Shown here in pieces: positions 8,546 through 18,636 of a stretch of DNA of 51,664 nucleotides; position 1 is the first letter of the stretch; every line of letters starts with the position of its first letter. Both the position numbers and the translations under genes were made by a program. Source of the DNA: a virus (lineage: Duplodnaviria > Caudoviricetes). The stretch lies in the IMG/VR virus record IMGVR_UViG_3300001473_000098, positions 1-51,664 of that record; one strand, written 5' to 3'. Below the pieces are notes generated by a model. The model saw only the letters and a list, made by a program, of their open reading frames with translations. It had not been told where the DNA came from and did not search any database.

Positions 8546-9622
8546 CTAAACCCAGGTGATGGCGCCGGGGACCGGGTATTCACCGGCCGCAAAGGTCACA
8601 TCCGCCGCCGGCACGCTCAATGTGTGGCGATCCTCGCCAAGCGTGTCGGATATCGCTTCGGAGATCCATTCAGGCGGCAACACGAAATCATCGTCGGGCA
8701 GTCCCGGCCGGGTCCTGGCGACGAACATGGCCGCGATCGAGGCCTCGACCTTGGCGCGCAGCGACACCTCGTCGGGTGTCAGTTTGATGGTTATCGGAAC
8801 CGCAACGGCGGTCGGCGCGTTGACCTCAAACCCGACCCGGATCATGCGCAGTTTCGCAATCTCCGCGTCAACCACCGCTACGTCCGCAGCGGTCGGGATC
8901 CCGTTCGGGCGATCCGCGAACAGAAACCAGACTCCGATCGTCGTCGGCCCGTTCACGAAGGATTTCGCCCACGCCGCGGTGACCCCGGGGACCGCCCGGG
9001 CAAATGCGGCATAGTCAGTTTCCGCGCCGCCTTGCGGCGGCCGGCGTTTGTGTTCCAGGACCCGGGCGCGCAAGCTGTCGACCGTTTCCTTATCGGCGCC
9101 GCCGCCGAGGCCGTCCGGGCCGACATCGGCCGTCGCGGCGAGGCCTGGCGATAAGGCCGGGTCGGCAAGTGTCAGTTTGACCGCCGCGGCCAAGTTGGCC
9201 GCCGCGCCCCGCTCCAAGGACTCGACTGTAAACGAAAGGGCGCCATCGCCGGCCGCGACCGCTTCGGCCGTCGTTCTGTAAACCAGATTGCCCGACAGGT
9301 ACTGAATGCCAGCGGGATAGACCGTGGCTGGCGTTCCCGTTGTCGTTACGGTTCCGCCTGCCTTCGACGCCCGATTGCGCCTTATGCCGCGTTCATAGGC
9401 GTGTCGGCCTTCCAGGTGCAATTCATCGGCCGTCGACGCAAACATCTGCCGGTAAAGCGCATCAAGGCGCAGGTAGACCGGATGCAGGACCAGCGCCAGG
9501 ACCTTGGCATGCACATAGTGCGTGTTCGGCCAGATGATCGCCTCAACCAGGCCAAGCGCCGATGCATAGGCCGCGCGGGCCTTTGCCGACAATTCGTCAA
9601 TCGAGGGGACGGGCAACGCCAT
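8546..9622 (-). CDS. Baseplate J-like protein (Mu gp47)
   Basis: GGGADKETVDSLRARV..PPQGGAETDY. Confidence 0.92.
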   Translation of the reverse strand: MALPVPSIDELSAKARAAYASALGLVEAIIWPNTHYVHAKVLALVLHPVYLRLDALYRQMFASTADELHLEGRHAYERGIRRNRASKAGGTVTTTGTPATVYPAGIQYLSGNLVYRTTAEAVAAGDGALSFTVESLERGAAANLAAAVKLTLADPALSPGLAATADVGPDGLGGGADKETVDSLRARVLEHKRRPPQGGAETDYAAFARAVPGVTAAWAKSFVNGPTTIGVWFLFADRPNGIPTAADVAVVDAEIAKLRMIRVGFEVNAPTAVAVPITIKLTPDEVSLRAKVEASIAAMFVARTRPGLPDDDFVLPPEWISEAISDTLGEDRHTLSVPAADVTFAAGEYPVPGAITWV

Positions 9623-10142
9623 TCAATTGATCCCACAAAATCGCAAAGGATTGCTGATGGAGTTCGCGGCCATCACGCCCGAACAAGGTCACGGTGAATT
9701 CAAAACGGTTCTGGTCCATCAGGACCGTGGAAGAAAAGTCGATCCAGGCAACAGCCCCCTGATCGATCAGAGTCTGCAGGGCCTCCCGACAGGCATATTC
9801 GGCAAACCGCGGCGTTTTTGTTTCGTCCAATGTCGCTCGCCGCAATTGCCATAAGCGCGATCCGAGCGGACCTTCTCCCCTGCCCTCGTCCAGGTCGAAG
9901 GCATCGCCGGCCCATCCCCGCTGCTCATCACCGTCGCGCAAAGCTTCCGGTTCGACGGCCCGATCGGTCTGGAGGCAAATCAGGACAGCGGTCGCCAATT
10001 GTTGCCGCGATTGCAATCCGAACGGATTGCCCGGCTCGGTGGCGCCGACGCGGCGAAAGTCGCCGCAACGGCCGTCCCAGACAATGTCCGGTACGAGCGG
10101 CGGCGTCTCCGCCACCTCGATGGGTATGATCCGGATGGACAT
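9597..10142 (-). CDS. Baseplate protein (Mu gp46-like)
   Basis: LATAVLICLQTD..GWAGD..LGSRLWQLRR. Confidence 0.88.
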   Translation of the reverse strand: MSIRIIPIEVAETPPLVPDIVWDGRCGDFRRVGATEPGNPFGLQSRQQLATAVLICLQTDRAVEPEALRDGDEQRGWAGDAFDLDEGRGEGPLGSRLWQLRRATLDETKTPRFAEYACREALQTLIDQGAVAWIDFSSTVLMDQNRFEFTVTLFGRDGRELHQQSFAILWDQLNGVARPLD

Positions 10143-10147
10143 CGGAT

Positions 10148-10654
10148 TTAGGCAATTCTCGCGTAAACGTTCAGCGACGGCCCGGACTGGGTCTGAACCT
10201 TGGCGAACGTATGGTCGTCCGGGTTCCCGCCCAGGTAGACCTTCTTGTCCGCGCCGACTTCGATGAACGCATCATTGTCGGTCACGGTGATTTTCAGACT
10301 GCCCTGGCGCATCTCTACTGTCTGATCCTTGACGTCGATCGTCATGCCTTCGTCGATGACCTTCAGGATATGCCCATTATGGTCATAGATTGCGGCATTG
10401 CCGGTTTGCAGGTTCGGCCGCATCGCCGGATTTTCGCCGCCAAGGATGACGCGCTGCGCCGATCGGCCGCCGAAGGCCACCTGGAAGCCAAGCGATCCCG
10501 CTGGAAGGCGGGAGGCGAACCCGTGTTGCTGGCTCGACAAGACCTTCGTCGGCACTTCGCCGGCCCGACCGGCCCCGTTCAGCAATTGCTGTCCCGCTTC
10601 CTCGATATCGCCGGTCACCTCGAACCGGCCAAACTGAAAATCAAACCGGCTCAA
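10148..10654 (-). CDS. Baseplate spike/assembly protein (Mu gp45-like)
   Basis: TTG start with AGGAGG RBS; QHGFASRLPAGS..RPNLQTGNAAIYD. Confidence 0.8.
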   Translation of the reverse strand: MSRFDFQFGRFEVTGDIEEAGQQLLNGAGRAGEVPTKVLSSQQHGFASRLPAGSLGFQVAFGGRSAQRVILGGENPAMRPNLQTGNAAIYDHNGHILKVIDEGMTIDVKDQTVEMRQGSLKITVTDNDAFIEVGADKKVYLGGNPDDHTFAKVQTQSGPSLNVYARIA

Positions 10655-11750
10655 GCGCGCCTCCTGTCGATGCGGGTTTCGCAGCAACCTTCGCCTTTGG
10701 CTTGTCGACCTTGAAGCTGTCGCCTTCACCCTTCGGATCCTCGCCGTTCATCGCCCTCGGGTCGACCAGGTCCAGACGGGCCCGCGTCCCGCCGTCGTTC
10801 TGGCTGAACGTACCGCCCTTGATCAGCATGTCCTGGTCAAGAAAGATCAGGGGATCCTTCAGGTGAACCAGATAGTTCGACATCCAGAATTCGCCGGCGC
10901 GGTCGCGCCATCCCGGGACTTCACACGATGCGGACTTCGAGCGGCCTTCGCGCCGGGTCAGTTCCTGTTCGGCCCTGCCTTTCAAGGCGTCCATCGTCGG
11001 CTCGCCTTCGAACAGGATCACTTTCGGACGCCGGCGGCCAAGGGCCGGATTGGCGACTTCGGCTTCCGGGCGCAACGCGCCGTCACCGGATCCTGTCGAG
11101 GCCTGGCCGCGAACGATGATCGGATCGTGGCGATAGCGACCGGTCAATTGCGCATCCGCCGACAGGAGGTTGACGCCCAGCTCGAGCCCGCCGGCGTGAC
11201 GGCCGGCCGGTCCCTTCGCCATATTGATCGCGCCGGTTTCATCGTCGTAAAGCAGAATGCCCCGTGACCGCGCCAATTCCTCGATTTCGCGAAACGCCGA
11301 TCGACCTGGCACAACCCTGTGCAAGGGCACATCGAACAATTGTCCGGACGATTTCCATTCGACGCCGGCGCTTTCAATGGCCCGAGCCACCTCCGCCAAA
11401 TCCTTGTCGCGAACTTCTCCGGAAGGATGCACGATGGACGATTCCGTCGTATCGACAGGCTTCGAAACGAACGTGATCGACGCTGACCAGATGACGCCGC
11501 CATCGGAGTCCTGATGCCCCGGGTTCGCATCCCGCACGACGCCCGTCAAAAGCAGGTCGCCGTTGGCGGTAATCGTCGCCGGCATGTCGGGAAACGGAAA
11601 ATCATCCTCCTCGACCGGCCCTCCCATGGCGATCGTAGCGGTTCTGACGGCCTGCTCCGCGCCAAACGTCATGGAAAAATCCATGAAGTTATGGATCGGC
11701 CGGCCATCGACCGTGATTTCGATATGTTCAAGAACGTCGGACATGATCAC
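10641..11750 (-). CDS. Baseplate hub/tail protein (Mu gp44/gpP-like)
   Basis: Size, position and IIVRGQ..RRPKVIL..VPGWRD..W motifs. Confidence 0.85.
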   Translation of the reverse strand: MIMSDVLEHIEITVDGRPIHNFMDFSMTFGAEQAVRTATIAMGGPVEEDDFPFPDMPATITANGDLLLTGVVRDANPGHQDSDGGVIWSASITFVSKPVDTTESSIVHPSGEVRDKDLAEVARAIESAGVEWKSSGQLFDVPLHRVVPGRSAFREIEELARSRGILLYDDETGAINMAKGPAGRHAGGLELGVNLLSADAQLTGRYRHDPIIVRGQASTGSGDGALRPEAEVANPALGRRRPKVILFEGEPTMDALKGRAEQELTRREGRSKSASCEVPGWRDRAGEFWMSNYLVHLKDPLIFLDQDMLIKGGTFSQNDGGTRARLDLVDPRAMNGEDPKGEGDSFKVDKPKAKVAAKPASTGGALEPV

Positions 11751-12415
11751 GCTGCGAGCCCCTCCAGGCGGATCGGCAGGAACAAGGGCGTCAATACCCG
11801 GTTGCGATCGACCAGCTCGCGGGCCCGCTGAGGATCGACATAGAGACGGTGCGCCAGATGCGTCGATGAATACGAGTGCGCGGTCTCGACCGTCACCAAC
11901 GGCATACGGTTGGCGGCGGTCTCCGACAGATGCGAGGACGCCGCACCGACGACTTCGGACAACCAGTCAAACACATCGGCGCCGAGGTGCACGCCAGCAA
12001 CGTTCTGCACGGCTCCCGCCGCGACCAGGAATTCAGATCGCGCACCAAGAGCATCCTGGCGCGCGGCAAAGGTCTTTCGTACAATCGACAACGCCAGGCC
12101 ATAGACAAATGCGCAATCGGTCATCGCGGCGACCCTGTCGTCTTCAGATTTCGCCCCGGCCAATGCGTCCAGGAAGGCAATCGCCTGCAGGTTAGGATCG
12201 TTCTCGCGCCCGACAAACCGGCAAAGGTCCAAAACAGCGGGCCCGAACGCATTCGGCGCGTCGGCGGCCGTCGCGACCGCGTCGTCGAAGCCATCCAAAA
12301 GATCGTTCAAATCGGCGTCCAGATCGTCGGCAACCGGAACGGCCAGGATCGCCCCGCGGACCCGCTCCGCTTCCTGCGCGATCGACAGCGCAATGGCTTC
12401 ATCAAAAAACGCCAT
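11747..12415 (-). CDS. Mu gpN-like DNA circularization protein, C-terminal part
   Basis: LAHRLYVDPQRARELVDRNRVLTPLFLP terminal motif of the gpN family. Confidence 0.75.
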   Translation of the reverse strand: MAFFDEAIALSIAQEAERVRGAILAVPVADDLDADLNDLLDGFDDAVATAADAPNAFGPAVLDLCRFVGRENDPNLQAIAFLDALAGAKSEDDRVAAMTDCAFVYGLALSIVRKTFAARQDALGARSEFLVAAGAVQNVAGVHLGADVFDWLSEVVGAASSHLSETAANRMPLVTVETAHSYSSTHLAHRLYVDPQRARELVDRNRVLTPLFLPIRLEGLAA

Positions 12416-12873
12416 CAGAAGGTCGCTCCAAGGGCGGCTCGCCCCGCGGTCGCCAGATGTGAAAGCCGCGGCACGATCGCGCCGGCAGCGAACGGAACGG
12501 ACGAAAGACCGGCCGTCACGAATTCCAGATCGAAGGCGATATAGCCGTTACGATCCTTCTCGCGAACGCGGCGGAAATGTTCACAGCGATAAAGACCCTG
12601 AATGCCAAGAGGCAAGGTCAGGAGCCCCGGGCCCGACGATCCCAATATCGCGGCAAACCCCACGCTCGCCCCGTCGACGAAATCGCTGGCAAGATAGGCC
12701 GTCACGAAGGCCCGCTTCGCCCGTCCGCCGAAATCCTCTGTGATCGGGTCGTCGCGATAAGCCACTTCGGCAACCGAGACACGCCGCCCGCCCTCGAATT
12801 CGTCGACATCGACTTCGAACGGAAATCCCTTGAAGGTCGCAGGCCAGAATGCCCTGGTCCAGTCCCGCGCCAT
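12415..12873 (-). CDS. Mu gpN-like DNA circularization protein, N-terminal domain
   Basis: WPATFKGFPFEV..GGRRV..YRD..EDFG. Confidence 0.85.
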   Translation of the reverse strand: MARDWTRAFWPATFKGFPFEVDVDEFEGGRRVSVAEVAYRDDPITEDFGGRAKRAFVTAYLASDFVDGASVGFAAILGSSGPGLLTLPLGIQGLYRCEHFRRVREKDRNGYIAFDLEFVTAGLSSVPFAAGAIVPRLSHLATAGRAALGATF

Positions 12874-14826
12874 CTAACCGTCCCCTTCGTCAATGTTCGG
12901 CATGCCGCGGCCGATATTTGCGTTGGCACTGATCGACACGTTCGCACGGATCGGTTTGCTCATGATCGCTTCGATCTTTGCACGGGTTTCCTCGGCCTTC
13001 ATGATCGCTCGCGCCGCCTGTTGCTCGAAACCGTCTACGAAGCCGCCCATGGCCTTGTTGCCCGCCGCCGAAAGGTCGATATCGGCGGCGCGTTCAATGT
13101 CGCCGAAGGCCTTTTCCGCTTCACGAACCGCGCCGTCATCCACCGACACCGGTTTCAAGAATTCAAAATCGGCGCGGGGCGCCGGGAGATCCGGCGCGGC
13201 CTGCGACCCCGTCGGCTGACGGCGACCACTGCCGATAAACACCCCGTCGCCCGGCTTGCTGCGCGGCAGGCCGATGGTCATGCGATCACCGGGTTTCGAC
13301 CGCGGCGCCGCGATTTCGGATTTCAGGGCCGGGTCGTCGGGGAACGTCGATCCGGCCTGTTGAATAACGGGTGGCAGGAAATCGAATCGGGTACCGTCGA
13401 CGCCCTGGCTTTCGATCCGCGCAAGTGCATCGTTGAAAGCCGCCAGTTCGTGCCTCAACAATTGCACACCCGATTGTTCCATGGCGGACGCGCTGTCACC
13501 GCGAGCCAGGATCGACCCGATTTCAGCGTTAAGCTTGTCACGCTCCGCGGTGATGATCTTCTTGTGTCGATCGGTGATCCCGAATGTCGTGCCGCCTTCG
13601 CGCAGGGCTTCGGCAATAATCGGATCGTCACGGATCGTCGTGTACGTGTCCGGATCCAGCGCCTTGTTCAGCGTGTCGAACGCCGGAACAAGGATCTTGG
13701 CGGATAGCGCGCCGATCCGGCGCACCGTCTGATCCCAGGAATTCGCCAAGCGATCGAGAGAGGCCTGCGCGTCGTCGGTCAACCGAGACAGGTCCTTGGC
13801 GGTTTCGCCGGCGGCGTTGTCCAATTCGCTTTCAAAACCCTTCAGGCGCCCGCGTTCCTGCAGCATGGCGTTGACCGCACGCCGCATTTCCTTATCCGGG
13901 ATCAGTTGCGGCAGTTTCGACAGATCGCCTTTGGTCGCCTCTTTCGCCAAATCAAGAAATACCTCGATCAGATCCTTGCCCTCGCGTCGCGCCTTCGCCA
14001 ACGATGACCGAACGTCGATCCCGAATTTTTTGAACTTGTTCTGGACCGTGTCGACTTCCATTTTCTGGAACAGGTCGCCGAGCGCTGTCGCAGCCTGGCC
14101 GGCATCGCCGGTCTGCAAGCGAACCGTCTGCATCATCGCGACCAGACGGATTAGACCTTCCTCGCCCTTCATGCCGAGATTGGCGAATTGCGGAACCAGG
14201 CCCGGCAGATGCTGAGCCATGTCCTTCAATTCGAATTTGCCCAGCTTGCCGCCCTTGATCATGATGTCGAAGGCAAGCTGGGCCTGGTCCGCCGCAAAGC
14301 CCAGATTGTCGCCGACGGCAATGATCGTGGTGGCCAGGTCCGCCGCCCGGGAATCGGAGGCCTGCGCGGCAACGCTCGTTGCCTCAAGCAGTTTCAAAGC
14401 TTCCTCGACCGTCTTGCCAGCCTCAAGCAGGGACGCAAAGCCTTCCTTGACGTTGGCGATCGGCAACGCCGCGACGTCGGCCACCTCCTCGATCCGCTTT
14501 TTGACGACACCGATCTGATCGTCGGTTGCCTCGCCCGTAATCACCAGACGCTGCAATTCCCGCTCAAACGACGCAAATCGTTTGGTCGCGACATTCATTC
14601 CGGCCGTAATGGCGGCGGGCGCCAGGAACGTCGTCGCCCGGGCGGCGACACCCATGAACCCGCGGTCAAGCCGTCGAACCGACCGGTTCATGGCGCCGGC
14701 CTGACGGTTGAACGCCCCGGCTTGCCGGACCATGCGGTCGAACCGTTTCGACAGGCCTTTAAAGACCGTGCCGGTATCGTCGAACGCTTTGAGACGTAAC
14801 CTGGCTTCGACTTCGCGCGTGCTCAT
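12874..14826 (-). CDS. Tail tape measure protein
   Basis: 650-aa Ala-rich helical protein; GKLGKFELKDMAQ core; follows the chaperone. Confidence 0.9.
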   Translation of the reverse strand: MSTREVEARLRLKAFDDTGTVFKGLSKRFDRMVRQAGAFNRQAGAMNRSVRRLDRGFMGVAARATTFLAPAAITAGMNVATKRFASFERELQRLVITGEATDDQIGVVKKRIEEVADVAALPIANVKEGFASLLEAGKTVEEALKLLEATSVAAQASDSRAADLATTIIAVGDNLGFAADQAQLAFDIMIKGGKLGKFELKDMAQHLPGLVPQFANLGMKGEEGLIRLVAMMQTVRLQTGDAGQAATALGDLFQKMEVDTVQNKFKKFGIDVRSSLAKARREGKDLIEVFLDLAKEATKGDLSKLPQLIPDKEMRRAVNAMLQERGRLKGFESELDNAAGETAKDLSRLTDDAQASLDRLANSWDQTVRRIGALSAKILVPAFDTLNKALDPDTYTTIRDDPIIAEALREGGTTFGITDRHKKIITAERDKLNAEIGSILARGDSASAMEQSGVQLLRHELAAFNDALARIESQGVDGTRFDFLPPVIQQAGSTFPDDPALKSEIAAPRSKPGDRMTIGLPRSKPGDGVFIGSGRRQPTGSQAAPDLPAPRADFEFLKPVSVDDGAVREAEKAFGDIERAADIDLSAAGNKAMGGFVDGFEQQAARAIMKAEETRAKIEAIMSKPIRANVSISANANIGRGMPNIDEGDG

Positions 14827-14841
14827 TCGTGCACCTTCAGG

Positions 14842-15269
14842 TCAGGAATCGGACTGGGCTTCGGACCAGTCCGCGAAGTCCGCCGCATAGAATTCAATTT
14901 CGGCAAAGGTCAGGTCCCGGAGATCTGACGGTCGCCATCCGAATCGCCAGAGGAGTCCGCTTGCGTAGCGTTGGAAATTCGGGCTTCTGTAAAAAAATCG
15001 AGGATCGTATCCTCAATCAAAAGCGTGTCCGCAAGGTCAGCGATCTGGACATGGTCGGAGCGTTCAAACAGTCGATCAACATAGGCGTTGATGCATTCGG
15101 TCGAGACCTGCAGAACGCGATTCCCGTCCCCATAAACCCATTGTTGCGGCTTGCCCTCGGCAACGTAGTCAGGAAATCGCGGCGCGCGATACCGCAACGT
15201 GCTGAACTTACCGTCGCCGAACGGATAGGATTTCGACAACGTCAGTGTGAGCGGGTAATCCGTCGACAT
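14842..15269 (-). CDS. Tail assembly chaperone, -1 frameshifted GT/E' form
   Basis: Slippery T7 run at 14991-14997; -1 frame reads YRSPNFQRYASGLLWRFGWRPSDLRDLTFAEIEFYAADFADWSEAQSDS*, a P2 gpE'-like motif. Confidence 0.8.
14910..15269 (-). CDS. Tail assembly chaperone (G/E form)
   Basis: Between tube and tape measure; has ..LDFF at the slippery site. Confidence 0.85.
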   Translation of the reverse strand: MSTDYPLTLTLSKSYPFGDGKFSTLRYRAPRFPDYVAEGKPQQWVYGDGNRVLQVSTECINAYVDRLFERSDHVQIADLADTLLIEDTILDFFTEARISNATQADSSGDSDGDRQISGT

Positions 15270-15272
15270 GCT

Positions 15273-15638
15273 CTACGCCTTCCGGAACTGGCGACCGACG
15301 AAGGCCAGGCCCGACACCTCGCCATTGTTCCGGTTGACCCGCGGCTTGCCCTCGAAATGACCGCCGGTCATCGTATAGACCGTCCCGGTATAGTCTTCGG
15401 TCATCGTGCAATCGATTTCCGTCGCCCGCAGGATTGCATCCCAATCGACCGCCGCGCCATCCTCGAACGTGCATTCAAGCCGATAGGGCATGAGACCCAC
15501 GACCTTCGCCAGCGAGCCGTTCTGATTGACGACGGTCGTGTTTTCCGTATTGGTCGGATCAATCGTCGTTTCCCCGCGCATTGTAAGCGGGTTACCGCCG
15601 GCATAACGGAACCGAAATTCACCGCCGAATTCTGACAT
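15273..15638 (-). CDS. Tail tube protein
   Basis: 121 aa, directly after the sheath, AGGAGA RBS. Confidence 0.85.
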   Translation of the reverse strand: MSEFGGEFRFRYAGGNPLTMRGETTIDPTNTENTTVVNQNGSLAKVVGLMPYRLECTFEDGAAVDWDAILRATEIDCTMTEDYTGTVYTMTGGHFEGKPRVNRNNGEVSGLAFVGRQFRKA

Positions 15639-15680
15639 GGCCTAGTCTCCTGATCTGGTTCGAAACGTTTGTGCCGGCCG

Positions 15681-17177
15681 TCAGGCCAGGCCGTTCGCTT
15701 CGGTGAATTGGGAATGCAGCCGGGCATTGCCGGCCATGACGTCAAGTGCATTGACCCGATCGAGATCTGCCATGATATCGACCCGATTGTGATTTTCCGG
15801 GTTGCGCTGAACGATGAACCTGGCGTTTTCCAAGACGCCCGGCATCGTATCGGCAACCCGGTACATGGTCCCCTCGATATCCTTCGGCGTGGAAATCGCG
15901 CCGAGATCGGTCGGATTGGAATCGGCAAGCGCCTTCTGGCCATGTTCGCTTGCAAGGAACGACCGGAACCGGCGCAGCGCGTACATCATCTGCCCCATGG
16001 ACTGGATGTCGCGGAACGTTGAATCCGGCAGGCCCTGCGGGTCGAGCCGGAACATGGTCACAAGCTTGTCGACCGCCACCTGACCGGACGCCGTCACATG
16101 CCAGGTCGCGATCCCGGATTTGTTGAACGCGTTACGGGTGGGGTAGTCGGAGTTTTTCGACGGATCCCGCGGCGGCCGCAATCCCTTGACGATCAACCCC
16201 GTCTGGTTCCTCGACACATTGCCGAGTGCGCCATCCACGAGCCACGGCACGACCCTGGACAGCAGGCCCGCATCCCAACGCCAGGGCGGTGTCGGCGTTC
16301 CGCCTGTACCGTTCGGATAGAAAATACCGGTCTTGTGCCGGTCGTTCTCCCCAAGACCGATCGTCGTCACTTCGGACGTGGTCCCACCGATCGACATGCC
16401 AACATGGCCATAGATCTGTTGCAAATAGGACCATTGACCGGAAACGTCATCCATCGCATCGCGATAGCGGCCGCGATTGGTCGCATCTGAAAACGTCCAG
16501 GACTGCCAATCAAACGGATTGTCGCCAAGGGCGGCAAGGCCCGCGGAACAATCCGGATCGCCGGCGCCCGCGGTGTCGACGGCCAAGGTCACTTTGCCGG
16601 CAAGCACGTTGCCGGTCGGCGGCAGGTAAAAGTCCAGATCATTGAAGATCGCCCCCTTGTGCCGGGCGGTGATCGTGACGACCCCAAGAGCCGCCGCCGC
16701 GGTGACCTGCAGGGATGTCCCGGAGAGTTCGTCGTAGTACCCATTGATCGCCGTAGCCAGGGCGGTTGCCACATCCCCAACCGCGTCGCCGTCCGCTACC
16801 GTCACCGAAACCGGGTCGCCGCCGATTTCCAGGATGCCGACACCTGCATCCGGCACACTGTCGACGGTCGCCGTCCACACCGCCGCGGTGCCGACATCGT
16901 CGATCGCCATGACCCAGATTTCCTGCGCCGGTGCATTTAGCCGGGCAATCCGGAACTTGTCCTCGAGCATCGACCCGACGCCGGCAATCTCCCGCACTTC
17001 ATTGTGGCTGGATACCGCCGTCGGCGTGTTCAAGGGGATCGTCGCGCCGGTATTCTTGAATCCGACGATCAGTTCCCGCGCCGGCGACTCGAACGTGCCG
17101 CCGGACGTCAGCTCAAACGTCAGAAGCGGCGCGACCAGGCCGCTGCCGGGGATGTTTTCAAAGCCTACGCCGCTCAT
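15681..17177 (-). CDS. Tail sheath protein (Mu gpL-like)
   Basis: 498 aa; GVGSML, TITARHKG, W..QIYGH, RNPENHNRVD. Confidence 0.92.
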   Translation of the reverse strand: MSGVGFENIPGSGLVAPLLTFELTSGGTFESPARELIVGFKNTGATIPLNTPTAVSSHNEVREIAGVGSMLEDKFRIARLNAPAQEIWVMAIDDVGTAAVWTATVDSVPDAGVGILEIGGDPVSVTVADGDAVGDVATALATAINGYYDELSGTSLQVTAAAALGVVTITARHKGAIFNDLDFYLPPTGNVLAGKVTLAVDTAGAGDPDCSAGLAALGDNPFDWQSWTFSDATNRGRYRDAMDDVSGQWSYLQQIYGHVGMSIGGTTSEVTTIGLGENDRHKTGIFYPNGTGGTPTPPWRWDAGLLSRVVPWLVDGALGNVSRNQTGLIVKGLRPPRDPSKNSDYPTRNAFNKSGIATWHVTASGQVAVDKLVTMFRLDPQGLPDSTFRDIQSMGQMMYALRRFRSFLASEHGQKALADSNPTDLGAISTPKDIEGTMYRVADTMPGVLENARFIVQRNPENHNRVDIMADLDRVNALDVMAGNARLHSQFTEANGLA

Positions 17178-17494
17178 GATTTCGCTCCTTTGGCTGGTTT
17201 CCGGGCGCCGGCATCACCAGCGCTGGAATCGTCATTCGTTGAATTGTCCGCTGTATTTGCCGCTGATGCGGCCTCAACGGCGGCTTGTTTGGCTTCGCGC
17301 GCCAGCGCGTCTTCCGCCGCTTTCGGGTCCGGGTGCCGCAGGATCGAACCGTCGTTCAGAGCGGCCCGATAGAACGGTTTTTCGACATCGACGACGCGTC
17401 CGTGTTCGGATTGCGGAAATAGATGATAGCCACGATCTGGCATCGGCAATGTGTGCTCCAGATTGGCCAACACGCATCGGACAAGTTTCGCCAT
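17174..17494 (-). CDS. Small virion-module protein (DUF2635-like position)
   Basis: PMPDRG..FYRAALNDGSI, upstream of the sheath with ATGA overlap. Confidence 0.6.
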   Translation of the reverse strand: MAKLVRCVLANLEHTLPMPDRGYHLFPQSEHGRVVDVEKPFYRAALNDGSILRHPDPKAAEDALAREAKQAAVEAASAANTADNSTNDDSSAGDAGARKPAKGAKS

Positions 17495-17497
17495 GGG

Positions 17498-18247
17498 TCA
17501 GGTCTCCGTTGGATCGACACGAGCCTGCAGCTCGCCGTCTTCAGGTGTGGCCGGCGCCGGCTTGCCGACATTGGCGCCGAAACGAATATCGGTGATCGGC
17601 GCGCGCGTAATTTCGTCAACCGCGGCCGCAAACTGATCGAGATATGTCCGCCCGTCCGAACCTTCCGGCAGCATCTGGCGAACCTCCTCAACTTTGCCCG
17701 GGATCCCGCCGGCATCGTCTCTCAGGCGATCGTCGCACTCACAGGTGATGATCATTTCATGTTGCGCGATCGCCAGTTGCAGCCCGGGATCGAAAAAGCC
17801 GCGCGTCACGATCTTTGGAACTTTCTTCGCCAGATGCCGAAACGCCGCGCCCTGTTCGCCGACAAGCAACAGATGGCGGATCTGCCACCCCAGAAATTCC
17901 AGTTTGGCTTCCGCCTGCGGCGATGAATGCGCCGCCATCACACTGGCCACGCCGTCACCGTTATCCAGGACGGCCATCGTCAGGATCACATGCAGATCGA
18001 TAATCCAATCCGCCGCGGCGGATCCTTGCGACCGCCCCCGCTCCGATCCGTCGCGCTGCGGCGAATAAATCGAAACCGTCGGCAACTCCTCGCCCTCATC
18101 GCCCAGATCGTCCGCAAAGGCGCCGCGGTCAACGAAGACGCGCGCCTGTGCGATTGTCGGGAAGCCATTGCCGGCCAGATAAGCCGAATAGGGCGCCAGG
18201 GCTTCGCGGGCGGCATGGCGCAGTACGGTTGCAGCGATGGTTGTCAT
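17498..18247 (-). CDS. Putative tail completion/neck protein
   Basis: Position between head-tail joining and sheath genes; ATGA overlap. Confidence 0.55.
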   Translation of the reverse strand: MTTIAATVLRHAAREALAPYSAYLAGNGFPTIAQARVFVDRGAFADDLGDEGEELPTVSIYSPQRDGSERGRSQGSAAADWIIDLHVILTMAVLDNGDGVASVMAAHSSPQAEAKLEFLGWQIRHLLLVGEQGAAFRHLAKKVPKIVTRGFFDPGLQLAIAQHEMIITCECDDRLRDDAGGIPGKVEEVRQMLPEGSDGRTYLDQFAAAVDEITRAPITDIRFGANVGKPAPATPEDGELQARVDPTET

Positions 18248-18630
18248 TTCGCTCGGTTCAACGTCAGCGCCACATGTCCCCTGCCGTCCGGCATGGTCGT
18301 GGCGACCGTGAATTTTTCACCGGTCTTGGTCCGGGTAATCCGATCGCCGTTTCTCAGCGCATGCGGCCATGCGGCGGAGAAGGCCGTGATCAAGAATTTG
18401 CCGGAGGACCGCTTTTGCTCGGTGTCGGGACGAACAGCCCGTCCCCCTCCGGAGGCCGACAATTCAGGGTCAGCATCGAACTGCCCCTTGAATGCAAATG
18501 CGCTACGGGCCGGGTCGGGTTCGGGATTTCCGTGCGCTGCATGGATCATCGGCGTGGCCACGAATTCATCATGGCCGAAAACGTCCGCGGCTTCCGCCGC
18601 CGCGGACGCGATTTCGTTGAAGAAGGTCAT
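18244..18630 (-). CDS. Putative head-tail joining (closure) protein
   Basis: 128-aa beta-rich protein after the MCP; GDRI..F.V..PDGRG. Confidence 0.6.
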   Translation of the reverse strand: MTFFNEIASAAAEAADVFGHDEFVATPMIHAAHGNPEPDPARSAFAFKGQFDADPELSASGGGRAVRPDTEQKRSSGKFLITAFSAAWPHALRNGDRITRTKTGEKFTVATTMPDGRGHVALTLNRAK

Positions 18631-18636
18631 GGAAGA

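Noticed and set aside
14921-14929. AGATCTGAC partial match to the 25-bp element
   Set aside because: Only 9 bp, with no left arm or flanks
7077-17177. Mu-like tail and com suggesting a transposable phage or an invertible tail-fibre segment
   Set aside because: No DDE transposase, MuB or invertase seen; tyrosine integrase and GpA terminase are present, and this mosaic is common
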